43,916 nt of DNA from a virus (Duplodnaviria > Caudoviricetes), in IMG/VR virus record IMGVR_UViG_3300044695_006301, positions 1 to 43,916 of that record; one strand, written 5' to 3'. The notes beneath the pieces are model-generated. The model was not told the origin of the DNA and ran no database searches. It saw only the letters and a program-made list of their open reading frames with translations. Positions 25,413 through 35,813 of this stretch are shown in pieces. Both the position numbers and the translations under genes were made by a program. Each line of letters begins with the position of its first letter. The stretch's first letter is position 1.

Positions 25413-27971
25413 TTACTTCAGCTCTGAGAGCTTCATGTATATCTTATCTTCTAAAAGTACAAGTTTGTCAAGCATAATAATGTCATTATTCTTTTTACCA
25501 ATACCTATAACGACTTCTCCCTTTTTAGGAATTTTTTTACCAGAGCTAAGAAAGCTTGTTAATTTCGCCTCACGCGAATTATCCATAAGTAACATCGAAA
25601 TGTTTCCTCTCTCATCAGCAATGTCAATACGAGCATATTTATTTCCATTGGCGCTAGTGCGAGAAATAGAATCTATAACAAACCCGACAGAACATACTGT
25701 AGCGTTATTATTGACCGAAGGTAAATCCTGTGAAGAAACAAAATGAGACTGACTAGCTTCCTTGAAAACTTCTCGAATATTTTGTGAATAACTATAACCA
25801 AGTAATTTGCTTTCGAAAAACCAATTGGCATATTTGATGTGCTGTTTATTTTGATCATAAATTTGTCTGTAGGGTTTATATTTTGTTTTAAATGTTTCGA
25901 AACGCTTGTCAGAAAAGATTTCCTTATTGTTGTCTCCGACAGCTTTCGTTTTGACAGAATCATTGATACTTTCTAAAAGATTGAAATCATATTTTTCTCC
26001 TAGAATAATTAGATTTCTTTTTTCTCGATCTGTGAGAATATTAAATGTTTGAGCCTCTAACACTAATCGACAACGATCTTTCTCAACAAAGTGATCTAGC
26101 AAACCTGCTTGAATTAATCCAGACATCAAGCCTACATTGACACCAGCTTGTTTTGCCGCTAAGAACACCTCATACTTGTTTTCGAATGCATTCTGGCGAA
26201 ACTCTAGCAATGATTCCAAAGACTTCGTAGAAACACCCTTAATCGTATTAAGACCATAACGAATATCTTCTCCCTCAATAGAAAAATCAATATGCGACTT
26301 TGTTAAGCTTGGAGGCAGAAGTTTAATTCCGAACGATGATAGTTCTTGAGAGATTTTAAGAATTTCTTCATGAGGACTTGGCTCAAACTGTGAGAACTTC
26401 AACAAGCTCAAAAAGAACTGCTGTGGATAATTGAATTTGAGATAGATGGTCGTTGCTGCCAAATAAGCATAAGCCATCGAATGTGATTTATTGAAAGAAT
26501 AATTTGCAGAGTCTTCAGCGACTTTCCATAGAATTTCTCCAATTACTGGATCTAAGTTATTCTCTTGAATCTTTTGAGAGATCTTGTCTTTCCATTCAGC
26601 CATTTTATCTACTTTCTTCTTGCCGACAATCCGACGAAGTTGTTCTGATTCATCCAAGTTGAATCCGACCTTTACAGCCATCTTCATTAGCTGCTCTTGA
26701 AACAAAGGAATGTTGCCAGTATAGGAGAGAACATCATCGAAGAATGGATGAATAGATTGCGATTCTCCAGTCCTAACATATTCAGCATACTTGTCTAAGA
26801 AGTCTAATGCTCCAGGTCTTGCGATAGCAACTACCGCCGAAAGCTGTTCTAGATTTCGAGGAGCAACTTTTTGTGCAACTTTAAAGTTTGTGTCTGCTTC
26901 GATTTGGAACAAACCCTTGGGAGCTTGAAGAGTTTGCAGTGCCGCATAAATAGATGGATGCTCGACATCAATATCCCGAACATTTAAACCAATTTGTTGG
27001 CAAACGTCATTGACTACTGATAATGTGCGTAAGCCGAGAATATCGAATTTAACCATTAATTCTGCGACATTGTTCATATCATACCCCGAAACTAATGCTT
27101 CTTCTCCTGTATTCTGCACAGGCATAATCTCTTCGAGTGGATAGTAACTGATAGCGATGCCAGAAGGATGCACTCCGACATTCTTATTGAGACCCTCGAT
27201 CTTTTTAGCGATGCGGTAGATTCTTTTATTTTTGTTAGCAAATTCTTTAAAGACTTCGTTTTCTTCGTATGCTACGCCGAGTTTCGCTACCTTGCCGAAT
27301 TTCTTAGGAATAACATCACTAATTATATTGACTTCAGATTCGGACATTTCTCCAACAATCTTACCACATTCTTTAATGCAGAGCTTACTGCTTAAAGTAT
27401 TCAAGGTGAGAATTTTAGAAGTTCTGCCAGCGTATTTTTTATTAATATAATCTAAGACTTCTTGTCGTCTATCATAACTAATATCATTATCGACATCGCA
27501 TAAGAGAGACCCGTCCAAAAACACTTCTCCATTGTGTTCAATTTTTCGCGCACGGCTTTTTGATACAAATCTTTCAAAGAATAGATCATGTTTAATGGGG
27601 TCAATATTAGTTACGCCAATGGCGTATAGAACTAAACTTCCAGGCGCAGAACCCCTTCCCGCTCCCGTAGGAATTCCTGTTTCATAACAAAAATTCATGA
27701 CATCCCAATTTAATAGAACATAGTCAATAAAGCCAAGCTCTTCAAATACAGATAACTCCATCTTGAGACGTTCAAAATATTTTTCCTTGTTTTGAAAATC
27801 GAGTATACCTTTTTTCTTAACTCCTTCAAAGCAGATACGGCGCAAGAACTCAAAGTTAGAAATATTATTATCAATACCCAAGCTTTGATAATGCCGCTCC
27901 TCAATTTTAATTTCAGGAAGTTTTACTCCTGCTGGAAACGGAGATGCGTAAGATGTGAATTGTTCAATCAT
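25413..27971 (-). CDS. dnaE: DNA polymerase III alpha catalytic core (lacks PHP domain)
   Basis: GAGRGSAPGSLV, LFFERF, CDVDNDI, HPSG, KFDILGL, FQEQLM, YSFNKSH, C-terminal OB fold. Confidence 0.95.
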   Translation of the reverse strand: MIEQFTSYASPFPAGVKLPEIKIEERHYQSLGIDNNISNFEFLRRICFEGVKKKGILDFQNKEKYFERLKMELSVFEELGFIDYVLLNWDVMNFCYETGIPTGAGRGSAPGSLVLYAIGVTNIDPIKHDLFFERFVSKSRARKIEHNGEVFLDGSLLCDVDNDISYDRRQEVLDYINKKYAGRTSKILTLNTLSSKLCIKECGKIVGEMSESEVNIISDVIPKKFGKVAKLGVAYEENEVFKEFANKNKRIYRIAKKIEGLNKNVGVHPSGIAISYYPLEEIMPVQNTGEEALVSGYDMNNVAELMVKFDILGLRTLSVVNDVCQQIGLNVRDIDVEHPSIYAALQTLQAPKGLFQIEADTNFKVAQKVAPRNLEQLSAVVAIARPGALDFLDKYAEYVRTGESQSIHPFFDDVLSYTGNIPLFQEQLMKMAVKVGFNLDESEQLRRIVGKKKVDKMAEWKDKISQKIQENNLDPVIGEILWKVAEDSANYSFNKSHSMAYAYLAATTIYLKFNYPQQFFLSLLKFSQFEPSPHEEILKISQELSSFGIKLLPPSLTKSHIDFSIEGEDIRYGLNTIKGVSTKSLESLLEFRQNAFENKYEVFLAAKQAGVNVGLMSGLIQAGLLDHFVEKDRCRLVLEAQTFNILTDREKRNLIILGEKYDFNLLESINDSVKTKAVGDNNKEIFSDKRFETFKTKYKPYRQIYDQNKQHIKYANWFFESKLLGYSYSQNIREVFKEASQSHFVSSQDLPSVNNNATVCSVGFVIDSISRTSANGNKYARIDIADERGNISMLLMDNSREAKLTSFLSSGKKIPKKGEVVIGIGKKNNDIIMLDKLVLLEDKIYMKLSELK

Positions 27972-28597
27972 AGGTCAATGTTAAAAATTTGTTTTTTGAA
28001 AATCTCAAAAGTCATTTCGACATCATAAAGACTATCGTGAAGTTTTTTTGGATCATGAGGAATATCGTAATATTTTAGCATAAATGCTTGGCTAGTCTTT
28101 AATCCTTTTTCACGGATATGTAACATCTTATACTGCCAAGACAAGAAATTTTCTTTGTCGGGTAAGATATTCTTAAAGATAGCTGTTGATATTGATTTGG
28201 TGTCGATAATTCTATCAACGTAAGAATGATCGCTTTTCATTTCCATCAGCTTACGCCAAACATTGATCATATATACATCGAAACCCAGCAAATTTTGACC
28301 AATCACTAAAAATGATGGATCATAAAGATACTTAGAAAGCTTTTTGAAAACTTCCATTGGATCTTCCGCTCTGGAGTAATAGTAGTCTTTATCAAAACCA
28401 GTAATTCTTGCAGCATCAGCGGAAACATTAATATTATCCCAGCGAATAAAGTGATCATGCTTTGAGATTATATTATGACCTCGACAAACGACCCATGAAA
28501 CCTGCCAAGGTTTAGAAGATGTTAGATTCAATCCCTCCGTTTCGGTGTCTACACAGATATAACTCTGATCTTTTTTAAATCTTAGTAAGTCGTTCAT
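27968..28597 (-). CDS. DEDDh 3'-5' exonuclease (DnaQ/epsilon-like)
   Basis: VDTETEGL, GQNLLGFD, IDT, LHDSLYDV. Confidence 0.9.
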   Translation of the reverse strand: MNDLLRFKKDQSYICVDTETEGLNLTSSKPWQVSWVVCRGHNIISKHDHFIRWDNINVSADAARITGFDKDYYYSRAEDPMEVFKKLSKYLYDPSFLVIGQNLLGFDVYMINVWRKLMEMKSDHSYVDRIIDTKSISTAIFKNILPDKENFLSWQYKMLHIREKGLKTSQAFMLKYYDIPHDPKKLHDSLYDVEMTFEIFKKQIFNIDL

Positions 28598-29361
28598 TGT
28601 TGGTTAAGAGTTGTTTCGAGTTTATGGTTGTAGGCTTCCCAGCAAAATTCATCGCTGCCAAAATGATTTAAATTGGGGCAAGAAAGAGTAGCCTGTCTTC
28701 CAAATTTACGATCACTGAGAATCTTATATGTTTGGAATGCATCGCAATCAGATTTATACTTATAAAAAATAGACTGCACAAATTGAGTAGAATAATTTGG
28801 CGTTCTTTGAGATACGTAGTGGGCAATAGCTTCTTTTAGTAGATGATCGAATGGCAATCCATTGTCTTCGACAAAGAATACTGGGTTAAGTCCACCAATA
28901 TTAGGAATGCAATGTCCCATAATCATTTGATTATTAAAGATGAATGAATCGTAAAAAGGAACCGCTAACATTAAATCGTCGCTCCATTTAGCTATCAAGT
29001 CGTCATTAGAAATCGCTTTATTTTGACTTGTATTAATAAATGAATAAAGCTTGTTTAGAGCTTTGCATCCATTATCATTTTTTGCAAATGCGATCAGCTT
29101 ATGATTAGATTTTTCATTACCATCGGAATTGCAGCATACAAATTTATAGCCAAAGTGCAAATCAATACCCATCTCTTTTGAGATTCTAAAAGCTTCAAAG
29201 AAGCCAGTCATTGATTCTTCAACTAAGAATAGATGTTTAAGACCGCTTTCTTTGGCAATTGAAAAGATACTATCAGAACCGTCCGATGTTTCTTTATCGG
29301 GATGGTTTAGTGTTAAAATGGATTTGCTCAATGAAAAATGACTGGTAAAGATTGGGATCAT
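28594..29361 (-). CDS. Stand-alone PHP domain of Pol III alpha
   Basis: PIFTSHFSL, SMTGFFEAF, FAKNDNGCKALNKL; start moved to ATG 29361 behind a promoter. Confidence 0.85.
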   Translation of the reverse strand: MIPIFTSHFSLSKSILTLNHPDKETSDGSDSIFSIAKESGLKHLFLVEESMTGFFEAFRISKEMGIDLHFGYKFVCCNSDGNEKSNHKLIAFAKNDNGCKALNKLYSFINTSQNKAISNDDLIAKWSDDLMLAVPFYDSFIFNNQMIMGHCIPNIGGLNPVFFVEDNGLPFDHLLKEAIAHYVSQRTPNYSTQFVQSIFYKYKSDCDAFQTYKILSDRKFGRQATLSCPNLNHFGSDEFCWEAYNHKLETTLNQQ

Positions 29362-29368
29362 GAATGGG

Positions 29369-29396
29369 ATCATATTTGATTTTTTGTAGAAGTCAA
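29369..29396 (-). promoter_or_regulatory. Sigma70-type promoter, leaderless
   Basis: TTGACT-N16-TATGAT-N7-ATG(29361). Confidence 0.7.
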
Positions 29397-29425
29397 GCAT
29401 AAAAAGTAACCAATGTAAAATTTTA

Positions 29426-29431
29426 GTGTAA
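29426..29431 (+). promoter_or_regulatory. GTGTAA motif
   Basis: ttttaGTGTAAaaataggtATG; 8 nt to ATG 29440. Confidence 0.7.
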
Positions 29432-29439
29432 AAATAGGT

Positions 29440-30414
29440 ATGCCTAGAGAAAAAAAACATTTCCAACAGTGCGTATATAAAATTATTTTTAATTCTTTAT
29501 CAAAAATCTATATAGGTTCAACAACTCGTTGGTCACATAGAAAACAAGAACATTTATCTAAATTAAGAAGCAATCAACATTTTAATCAATATCTTCAAAG
29601 GACTTTTAATAAATATGGAGAAAAAGAAATTGTTATTGAAGTGGTAGAATTTTGTGATTACGAAAGTCTTAGATCAAAAGAACAATATTGGATTGATTTT
29701 TATAATTCAACAGATCCGAAGTTCGGATGGAACTTGGTAAAAAAAGTTGATACTGCTGGGACAAGTGGTTATAAATTTACAGAAGAACAAAAGAAAAAAA
29801 TGTCTCATTCTGCAAAAACAAGAATGAAAAATAAACAAGAGAGAGATAAAATCTCAAAATCTATAGCCAAAAAATTAAAAAATAATGCATTTTCTTTTGG
29901 AGGCAAATTTCATGCCAAATCTTTTAATTTAATTGATCCACAAGGAGCCGTAGTTAAAATTTACAATTTATGCAAATTTTGTCGAGATAATGATTTAAAT
30001 TACTCAAAAATGATCAGCGTCGCAAATGGAAGACTGATAGAATATAATGGTTGGAAATTAGATGCCAACAGAACAAATTTAGTTCAAAAAAAATTCGAAT
30101 TTATTTCCCCATCGGGAGAATTGACTATTATTATGAATTTGAGAAAATTTTGCAAAGAACATTGTCTTTGTGTCGGAACGATGTATTCTATTCACAATGA
30201 TAAGGGTATTTCATGTAGTGGGTGGATAAAAGCCCAAGAAAGTGCTAAAATTCACAAAGGTAAGGCATTTATTATACAAAATCCAGATGGGTTAATTATT
30301 AAAGGAAATAATTTATCAGATTTTTGTAGGAAAAACCAAATAAATTCGAGATCCTTAAAAAAAGGATTTGTATCAAAAGGTTTTAAACTTATTAACAATC
30401 GCTCTTTCGATTGA
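29440..30414 (+). mobile_element. Free-standing GIY-YIG homing endonuclease with NUMOD3-like motif and three C-terminal repeats
   Basis: VYKI...IYIGST, R..EH...L, KEQYWID, FTEEQKKKMS; three repeats of F..I.P.G.....NL..FC....GW/FK; inverted relative to neighbours. Confidence 0.88.
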
Positions 30415-31414
30415 AAATCGGGCAACCATCATACCTACGTTTTTCATATTTTTGACCTTCGGGTATTTCAGATTCATTAAAATATGATTTTATTTGTTTT
30501 CCATTTTCATCAATAGCGGCAAAATAATCAAAAGCCCACTTGCAAGAACACGCCCACATAGGAGTGCCGTCAATTTTTAATTGATCGGGATATTTTGCGA
30601 AGCCGCATTGCAGTGGTCCACTAAACGTCTTGTCTTTTGGAAATGGTTGTTTCGATGCAAAATTAGAATAAGCATCTTCTTTGGAAAAGTTGTCGAGGTA
30701 TTCTTGAATGGCTGTTAGCTGATATTCAAATCCCTCTAAGTCGTCATCTGAAATCGTAGCCATTTTGATAACGCCAGAGTTTTTCGAGTCATCTAAGTCA
30801 AACTTTAGAAATAAGAATTCACTCTCTCTATTAGAATACTCAGGAAACAAATGCTTTACGGCAAGACTATACATGTAGTCTTGTAGATTATCTTTAACAT
30901 CTTTTCCTTTAAATGTTTCTTTGCTCGTTTTGAAGTCTCGAATCAGAGCGTACTTTTGTTTCTTATATAAAAAGAGCTTATCAATAAAGCCTTTGATTTT
31001 ATATTTGAATTTTCCGTCATTTACTACAATTTCGAAATCTTGCTCAGATACAGCTAGAGAAGGTTTTCCAGCCGACAAGCCAAAGAAATCATACATCAAG
31101 CCATTGAGTGTCATTTTTTTAATCAACTCAATATTATCATTGTCATCTACGCCTAATCTTTTGGCATGTTTAGATATTAGTTTTTCGATAGACTTAACAG
31201 AAAAGACATCTTGAGTTTTAATGATTTTATTGTAGATTTTTTTTCTACGAGGATCGCCAAGAACTTCAAATATTAAGTGACAGATAGTGCCGCGATTTGC
31301 GCCATCGTTAGATTTGTCAGGAATGCCAAGAACATACTTAGCATAATACATCCAACTACAAGACTGTAACGTCTTGATTCTACTGGCGGATAACGAACTT
31401 TTTGGATCACTCAT
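30392..31414 (-). CDS. PD-(D/E)XK RecB/Cas4-like exonuclease
   Basis: LSASRIKTLQSCSW, GTICH, KGFIDKL, IRDFKTSK, YSLA, C-terminal cysteines. Confidence 0.85.
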   Translation of the reverse strand: MSDPKSSLSASRIKTLQSCSWMYYAKYVLGIPDKSNDGANRGTICHLIFEVLGDPRRKKIYNKIIKTQDVFSVKSIEKLISKHAKRLGVDDNDNIELIKKMTLNGLMYDFFGLSAGKPSLAVSEQDFEIVVNDGKFKYKIKGFIDKLFLYKKQKYALIRDFKTSKETFKGKDVKDNLQDYMYSLAVKHLFPEYSNRESEFLFLKFDLDDSKNSGVIKMATISDDDLEGFEYQLTAIQEYLDNFSKEDAYSNFASKQPFPKDKTFSGPLQCGFAKYPDQLKIDGTPMWACSCKWAFDYFAAIDENGKQIKSYFNESEIPEGQKYEKRRYDGCPIFNRKSDC

Positions 31415-32481
31415 ACGGATTTTAATACCTTCCTTAGCATAGACAGGTCTTTTTCTTTAAATTTCTGCTTGTTTGCTGCTACAAAAGTAATCAATTCCTT
31501 GATGAATTGAGAACGGTCTACAGGGGTATTGTACCATTTTTTTAAATCAACTCCAGAAGTAAATGCATCAGAGAAGTCATTGTGTGATTCTGGTGGAAGG
31601 TTAATCTCAATACAATTGAAATCAAAATACGGAAGAAGATTCAAGAGCGTTTTAACACAGCCTAGATAGCCGTGATTCTCACCATCCAAATCATTATTAC
31701 CAGCGATAACAATTCTCTTTACTGGAAAAGAGCTGAGATACGACAACATGATAGATTGGCATCCTAGCCCGAAAGATACCAAGCTATTCTTTACGCCAGA
31801 TTCAAAAAGAGCCATGCTATCACCAACGCTTTCTACAATTACTACTTCGCCAGTTTTACGAATGATAGAATCAACAGTTTCTTCGGCGGGGATATAGGCT
31901 GGATAGATCCAGTTTTTTCTTTTACCAATATGTTTCCATTTAGGAACTTTATCATTATCAGAATCAATCTTTCTGCCGCTAAATCCAATGATTTGACCAT
32001 GCTCATTGTAAATTGGAAATACCATTCGACGATACATCTTTCCAGACTGTGCTAATCCAGTTTTATAAAAATTTAAAGTATCATCTGACAAGCCTTTCTT
32101 TTTGTAAAAAGAAAAGTTTGGAAACAGATTGTTGAGCATTGATTCGGGATAGATTGCGTCCATTTCGATTGTTTGTTTTACGGTATATACGTGTTCTTCA
32201 GATTTGTTGATTGATGATAGAATTTTTTTAATTACTTTAGGATCAGAACCACAGGTTAATTTAATTAATCTTTCAAATGGAAACTTTTTACTGCCTTGTG
32301 CGTAATCTGTCCATACTCCAGTGTTTTTATAAACACAGACAGCAGTATCATTATCACCACCACGATACAAAGCTTTGGTTCGCCAATGATTACCACAATC
32401 AATTAAGCGATACCCTATTTTTTCAAGGGTAGGCTTGATATGGATAGGATCAATTGAAGTCTGGGATGTCATCTGATTCAT
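31411..32481 (-). CDS. dnaG: DNA primase (DnaG-type TOPRIM)
   Basis: RMVFPIYN..GQIIGFSGR, PKWKH, IVESVGDSMAL, NNDLD, NDFSD; start may be 32472. Confidence 0.9.
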   Translation of the reverse strand: MNQMTSQTSIDPIHIKPTLEKIGYRLIDCGNHWRTKALYRGGDNDTAVCVYKNTGVWTDYAQGSKKFPFERLIKLTCGSDPKVIKKILSSINKSEEHVYTVKQTIEMDAIYPESMLNNLFPNFSFYKKKGLSDDTLNFYKTGLAQSGKMYRRMVFPIYNEHGQIIGFSGRKIDSDNDKVPKWKHIGKRKNWIYPAYIPAEETVDSIIRKTGEVVIVESVGDSMALFESGVKNSLVSFGLGCQSIMLSYLSSFPVKRIVIAGNNDLDGENHGYLGCVKTLLNLLPYFDFNCIEINLPPESHNDFSDAFTSGVDLKKWYNTPVDRSQFIKELITFVAANKQKFKEKDLSMLRKVLKSV

Positions 32482-33958
32482 TATCTTGTAAATCTGCTCC
32501 GCCTTCCATTACGCGAGCGATATCGCGAAGATCTCCTTTTTCAGTAATGCAAAAGTTATGAAACTCAAGGTTAATGAAATTTTTACGTAGAGTATCGCCA
32601 ATACTAACAGGTTCAACAGCGCCAGCAATATCTTTACCGAGGTGTCGAGCTTTGACATTGATTATTTTGTGAGTGCCAAAGTTGCGACCCTCACTTTCAA
32701 TTTCGTCGGCAGTTTTATTGCGTAAAATAAACATGTGAGAACAGAACTGCGTAATTCGATCTGATAGAGATACGATACTTTCATCGTCAATAATATTTTG
32801 CGATTGACGGTTGTTAGTGATACCGCTTCTATTTGACTGCACAGATGTAATCATAGGAATGATAGGATCACCTTCATGAAGAATTTCTTTTTGGATGCAC
32901 TTCTTGAACTTATCTACCATTTCACCGACAACTTGCCATTCGTTCTTGCCGCCGCCAGATTCAGAAGTTGTTTTAATATAATCGAATGAGAAAATCATTT
33001 GATTACCACGACCAACTTTTCCATAATAAAATCGCTTGAGAACTTTGATCATTGCGTCAACGTCCATGCCACCGACATTATAGTAATAGAATTTGAGATC
33101 TTTAACCTTTGCCCAAGTAGAACGCACTTTATTGACGACTTCTGATCCAGCTTTTCTCCAGTTTCCTGTTTCGAGAAGATGCATTGGAACACCAGAAATA
33201 GCCGCGCATTGACGCATAATAAGCTCTTCTTTGCTCATCTCACCGTTATCAAAATGAAGAACTGGAACATTATATTTCATAGATACTTTTGTGGAGTAGT
33301 CCATGCACCACTGAGTCTTACCCACTCCAGATCTAGCAACAATAACAGTTATATTTCCTGGTCTAAGCAGAGATCCGTATATCTCATTGATTTTTTCATG
33401 AGGACCCATCATACCAAATTCGGTAATAGGATTGTTGCCGCGCTCCTCAATCAACGCTTCCATCTCATCATAGATGTTTTCAGGCGTATCGTTACCAATC
33501 TCATAAAGATTGATGCGTGAATTATACGAGTCGTCTGCCGCTCCAATGATTTGACTGTAGCTCGACTCTGGAGCAATAGACTTCATCTTTCGAGCGATAT
33601 CTTGTGCAGATTCATAAAGCTCTCTGCGAATAGTAAATTTTTTGAGTTCCTTAGCAGTTTTGATTAGATTGCCATGTGGGACTTTGCGCATGGCAAGAGA
33701 GCGAATATAATCAGCAGGATTCAAACGATCCTCAAATGATAAGCCAAGAGAAGATACTCGTTGTGCGACAATAACTTCGTCAATTTGATCGCCAGAATCA
33801 ATCGCCTGTTTAATCACAGTAAAGATGGAGCTGTGAAGCCCAGAGTCTTCACTATAAAAGTCCTTGTGGCTAATAAAGTTTGAAATTTCACAATAACTTT
33901 CTGGCTCTTTGATTAAAGCTGCCAACAGTTGTTTTTCTAATTCTAGGTTGTAGATCAT
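32450..33958 (-). CDS. dnaB: Replicative DNA helicase
   Basis: LEKQLLAALI, ARSGVGKT, DNGEM, FDYIK, VQSNR; start moved to ATG 33958. Confidence 0.92.
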   Translation of the reverse strand: MIYNLELEKQLLAALIKEPESYCEISNFISHKDFYSEDSGLHSSIFTVIKQAIDSGDQIDEVIVAQRVSSLGLSFEDRLNPADYIRSLAMRKVPHGNLIKTAKELKKFTIRRELYESAQDIARKMKSIAPESSYSQIIGAADDSYNSRINLYEIGNDTPENIYDEMEALIEERGNNPITEFGMMGPHEKINEIYGSLLRPGNITVIVARSGVGKTQWCMDYSTKVSMKYNVPVLHFDNGEMSKEELIMRQCAAISGVPMHLLETGNWRKAGSEVVNKVRSTWAKVKDLKFYYYNVGGMDVDAMIKVLKRFYYGKVGRGNQMIFSFDYIKTTSESGGGKNEWQVVGEMVDKFKKCIQKEILHEGDPIIPMITSVQSNRSGITNNRQSQNIIDDESIVSLSDRITQFCSHMFILRNKTADEIESEGRNFGTHKIINVKARHLGKDIAGAVEPVSIGDTLRKNFINLEFHNFCITEKGDLRDIARVMEGGADLQDNESDDIPDFN

Positions 33959-33966
33959 CTGAGTGG

Positions 33967-33994
33967 AGAATAATATATCTTTGGAGTTTGTCAA
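33967..33994 (-). promoter_or_regulatory. Sigma70-type promoter, near-leaderless
   Basis: TTGACA-N16-TATTCT-N8-ATG(33958). Confidence 0.65.
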
Positions 33995-34344
33995 TCACAA
34001 AATTACGCCAAATGAAGAAAAGAGTTCTTCATTGATTTCTTTTCATCTCTTTTTAATTGCTGAAGGTATTTAAACCGATTGCCGTGGAAAAACTCAACAT
34101 ATTTTGTATGCTGACCGCCTTGAACTTCAACAGCAACTTTTTTATTGGCGTTGTAAAAATCAAAAGAAAGGCGAGTGCCGACAAGCTTAAACTCTTCAAA
34201 TACAATATCGTTTTTCCAATAAGGGAAAAGAAAATGCTTTACTGAAAGTTGAAACTTGCTACGGCTCTTGCCTCTCCATTTGATCAAATATCTTTTGGCG
34301 TTTTTAAGTTCTGCGGAAGCACCACTGATGGTTTTAAACTTCAT
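33995..34344 (-). pseudogene. Vsr/DUF559-like endonuclease with apparent internal deletion and frameshift
   Basis: LSFDFY...AVEVQGGQH...QLKRDEKK then abrupt end; another frame gives EINEELFSSFGVIL* (34039-33995). Confidence 0.6.
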
Positions 34345-35476
34345 CGCAGATTGCCTTTTTGAAGTAACTGATCAAGAATTTACTTAGTGCTTGATCTTGC
34401 TCAATTTTGCTAAATACTGAATCAAGCCCTTGAACCTTACCGAAAGCCGAAAGAGAGTTTTCTGCAAGCAGTTCCTCAAATTCTTCTGTCGCTGTATACC
34501 AAGAACCACCTTTCGTGACGAACTCCCACAAGAGAAGAAGATCAACAATTTCTTTTTCAATCCATATAGAGTTACCATTTGTGCGACCGTATTTAATCGG
34601 ATAGGCGATGGTAAGATTGGTTTTTTCATTTGGCGATTTTTTGACAGTGACCTTAGCAAAGTGACCGATAATGGGATTATTGACCGCATCAATTTGTTTA
34701 TCAGATGGATTTTTAAGAATCAAATCCCCCTTGTATCGAGGCTCAAATTCAAGAATCCAGTTTGCAAAGTGAAGAAGCGCGTTGCCACCAGTTGCGGTAG
34801 TTTGGCGAACAGGAGCTTTTGAGTATGGGTCGAGTTTAATGTCTGCTCTGACTTGACTAATGAATACTGCCATATGTCCTCTTTTTGCTAGAGCGATAGA
34901 TAGACGCTTCATAAAGTTTGCCGCGATAACAGCACCGCCAGCTACTTTGTTAGAATCTTCGAAGTCTTTATCAAGATCCCCTTTTGTGATTAATCCATCG
35001 ACAGAATCAAGCAAGAAATAGTAACGATTATCCTCTTCGTTTTTAGTTACAAGCTCTCGCATTACCTGCACTACAGTTTCGTAAATGTTACTTTCGAATA
35101 CGAAACATGTGCCAGCTTCCCATTCTTCAGATTTAAAAACAAAATTAATGCCAGATCTTTCACGCATCTCTTTTGAGAGGCGACCTTCAGCTTTGATATA
35201 AAAGCCTTTAGAGTTAGGCACAGTCTCTAAGAACTGTTTCATAAATGATAGAGCCGCACTCGTTTTGCCTCCTTCATTCATGCCGCAAAATCTATGCAAT
35301 CCTGGACACAAGCCACCACCTAGTCTCAAATCCAGCTGTAAAGAGCCGCTTGAAACTTTATAGTCAATTTCTTCTTCGAAGTTATAATGATCGTCTGAAT
35401 TTTGTTTTAAGAACGAACCTAGAACTGCGCTTGACTTTATTACTTCCCTATCTTTTTCTTGTTTAGTTTTTGCCAT
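34334..35476 (-). CDS. recA: RecA/UvsX-like recombinase
   Basis: SSGSLQLDLRLGGGL, GMNEGGKTS, LLDSV, FISQVR, TGGNALLHFA, KGGSWY. Confidence 0.93.
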   Translation of the reverse strand: MAKTKQEKDREVIKSSAVLGSFLKQNSDDHYNFEEEIDYKVSSGSLQLDLRLGGGLCPGLHRFCGMNEGGKTSAALSFMKQFLETVPNSKGFYIKAEGRLSKEMRERSGINFVFKSEEWEAGTCFVFESNIYETVVQVMRELVTKNEEDNRYYFLLDSVDGLITKGDLDKDFEDSNKVAGGAVIAANFMKRLSIALAKRGHMAVFISQVRADIKLDPYSKAPVRQTTATGGNALLHFANWILEFEPRYKGDLILKNPSDKQIDAVNNPIIGHFAKVTVKKSPNEKTNLTIAYPIKYGRTNGNSIWIEKEIVDLLLLWEFVTKGGSWYTATEEFEELLAENSLSAFGKVQGLDSVFSKIEQDQALSKFLISYFKKAICDEV

Positions 35477-35813
35477 CTAAAAAATTTTTTAATGATTTTA
35501 TTTTCCTGTTTACTTTGGCATCCTCGCCAACCTTCTCTCCTATATCATAATTGGAATACTTAGATAAGTCAACCTTAAAATTGAATGCACGGAACTTTTT
35601 ATCCATAGTCTCTTGCAGCTTGTCGCTGACCAAGTAAGCTAAAGAGTCAAACTTCTTATCAAAAGAAGCGATATTCATAAACTCAAGAGAATATCTTTCA
35701 CACAAGTCATTCAAAAGCTTCATTTCTCGCATATAAAACAAACGCTTATCCTTTGCTGGGACAAGCGTGAGTCTTGCGAGTATATGCTTTTTGTTGATCT
35801 TACTCTTCGCCAT
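35463..35813 (-). CDS. Hypothetical basic protein
   Basis: 116-aa ORF with its own promoter, coupled to recA. Confidence 0.7.
   Translation of the reverse strand: MAKSKINKKHILARLTLVPAKDKRLFYMREMKLLNDLCERYSLEFMNIASFDKKFDSLAYLVSDKLQETMDKKFRAFNFKVDLSKYSNYDIGEKVGEDAKVNRKIKSLKNFLDGKN

Noticed and set aside
30392-31414. Cas4-like gene as a sign of CRISPR-Cas
   Set aside because: No repeat-spacer array or other cas genes; solo Cas4-like nucleases are common in phage replication modules
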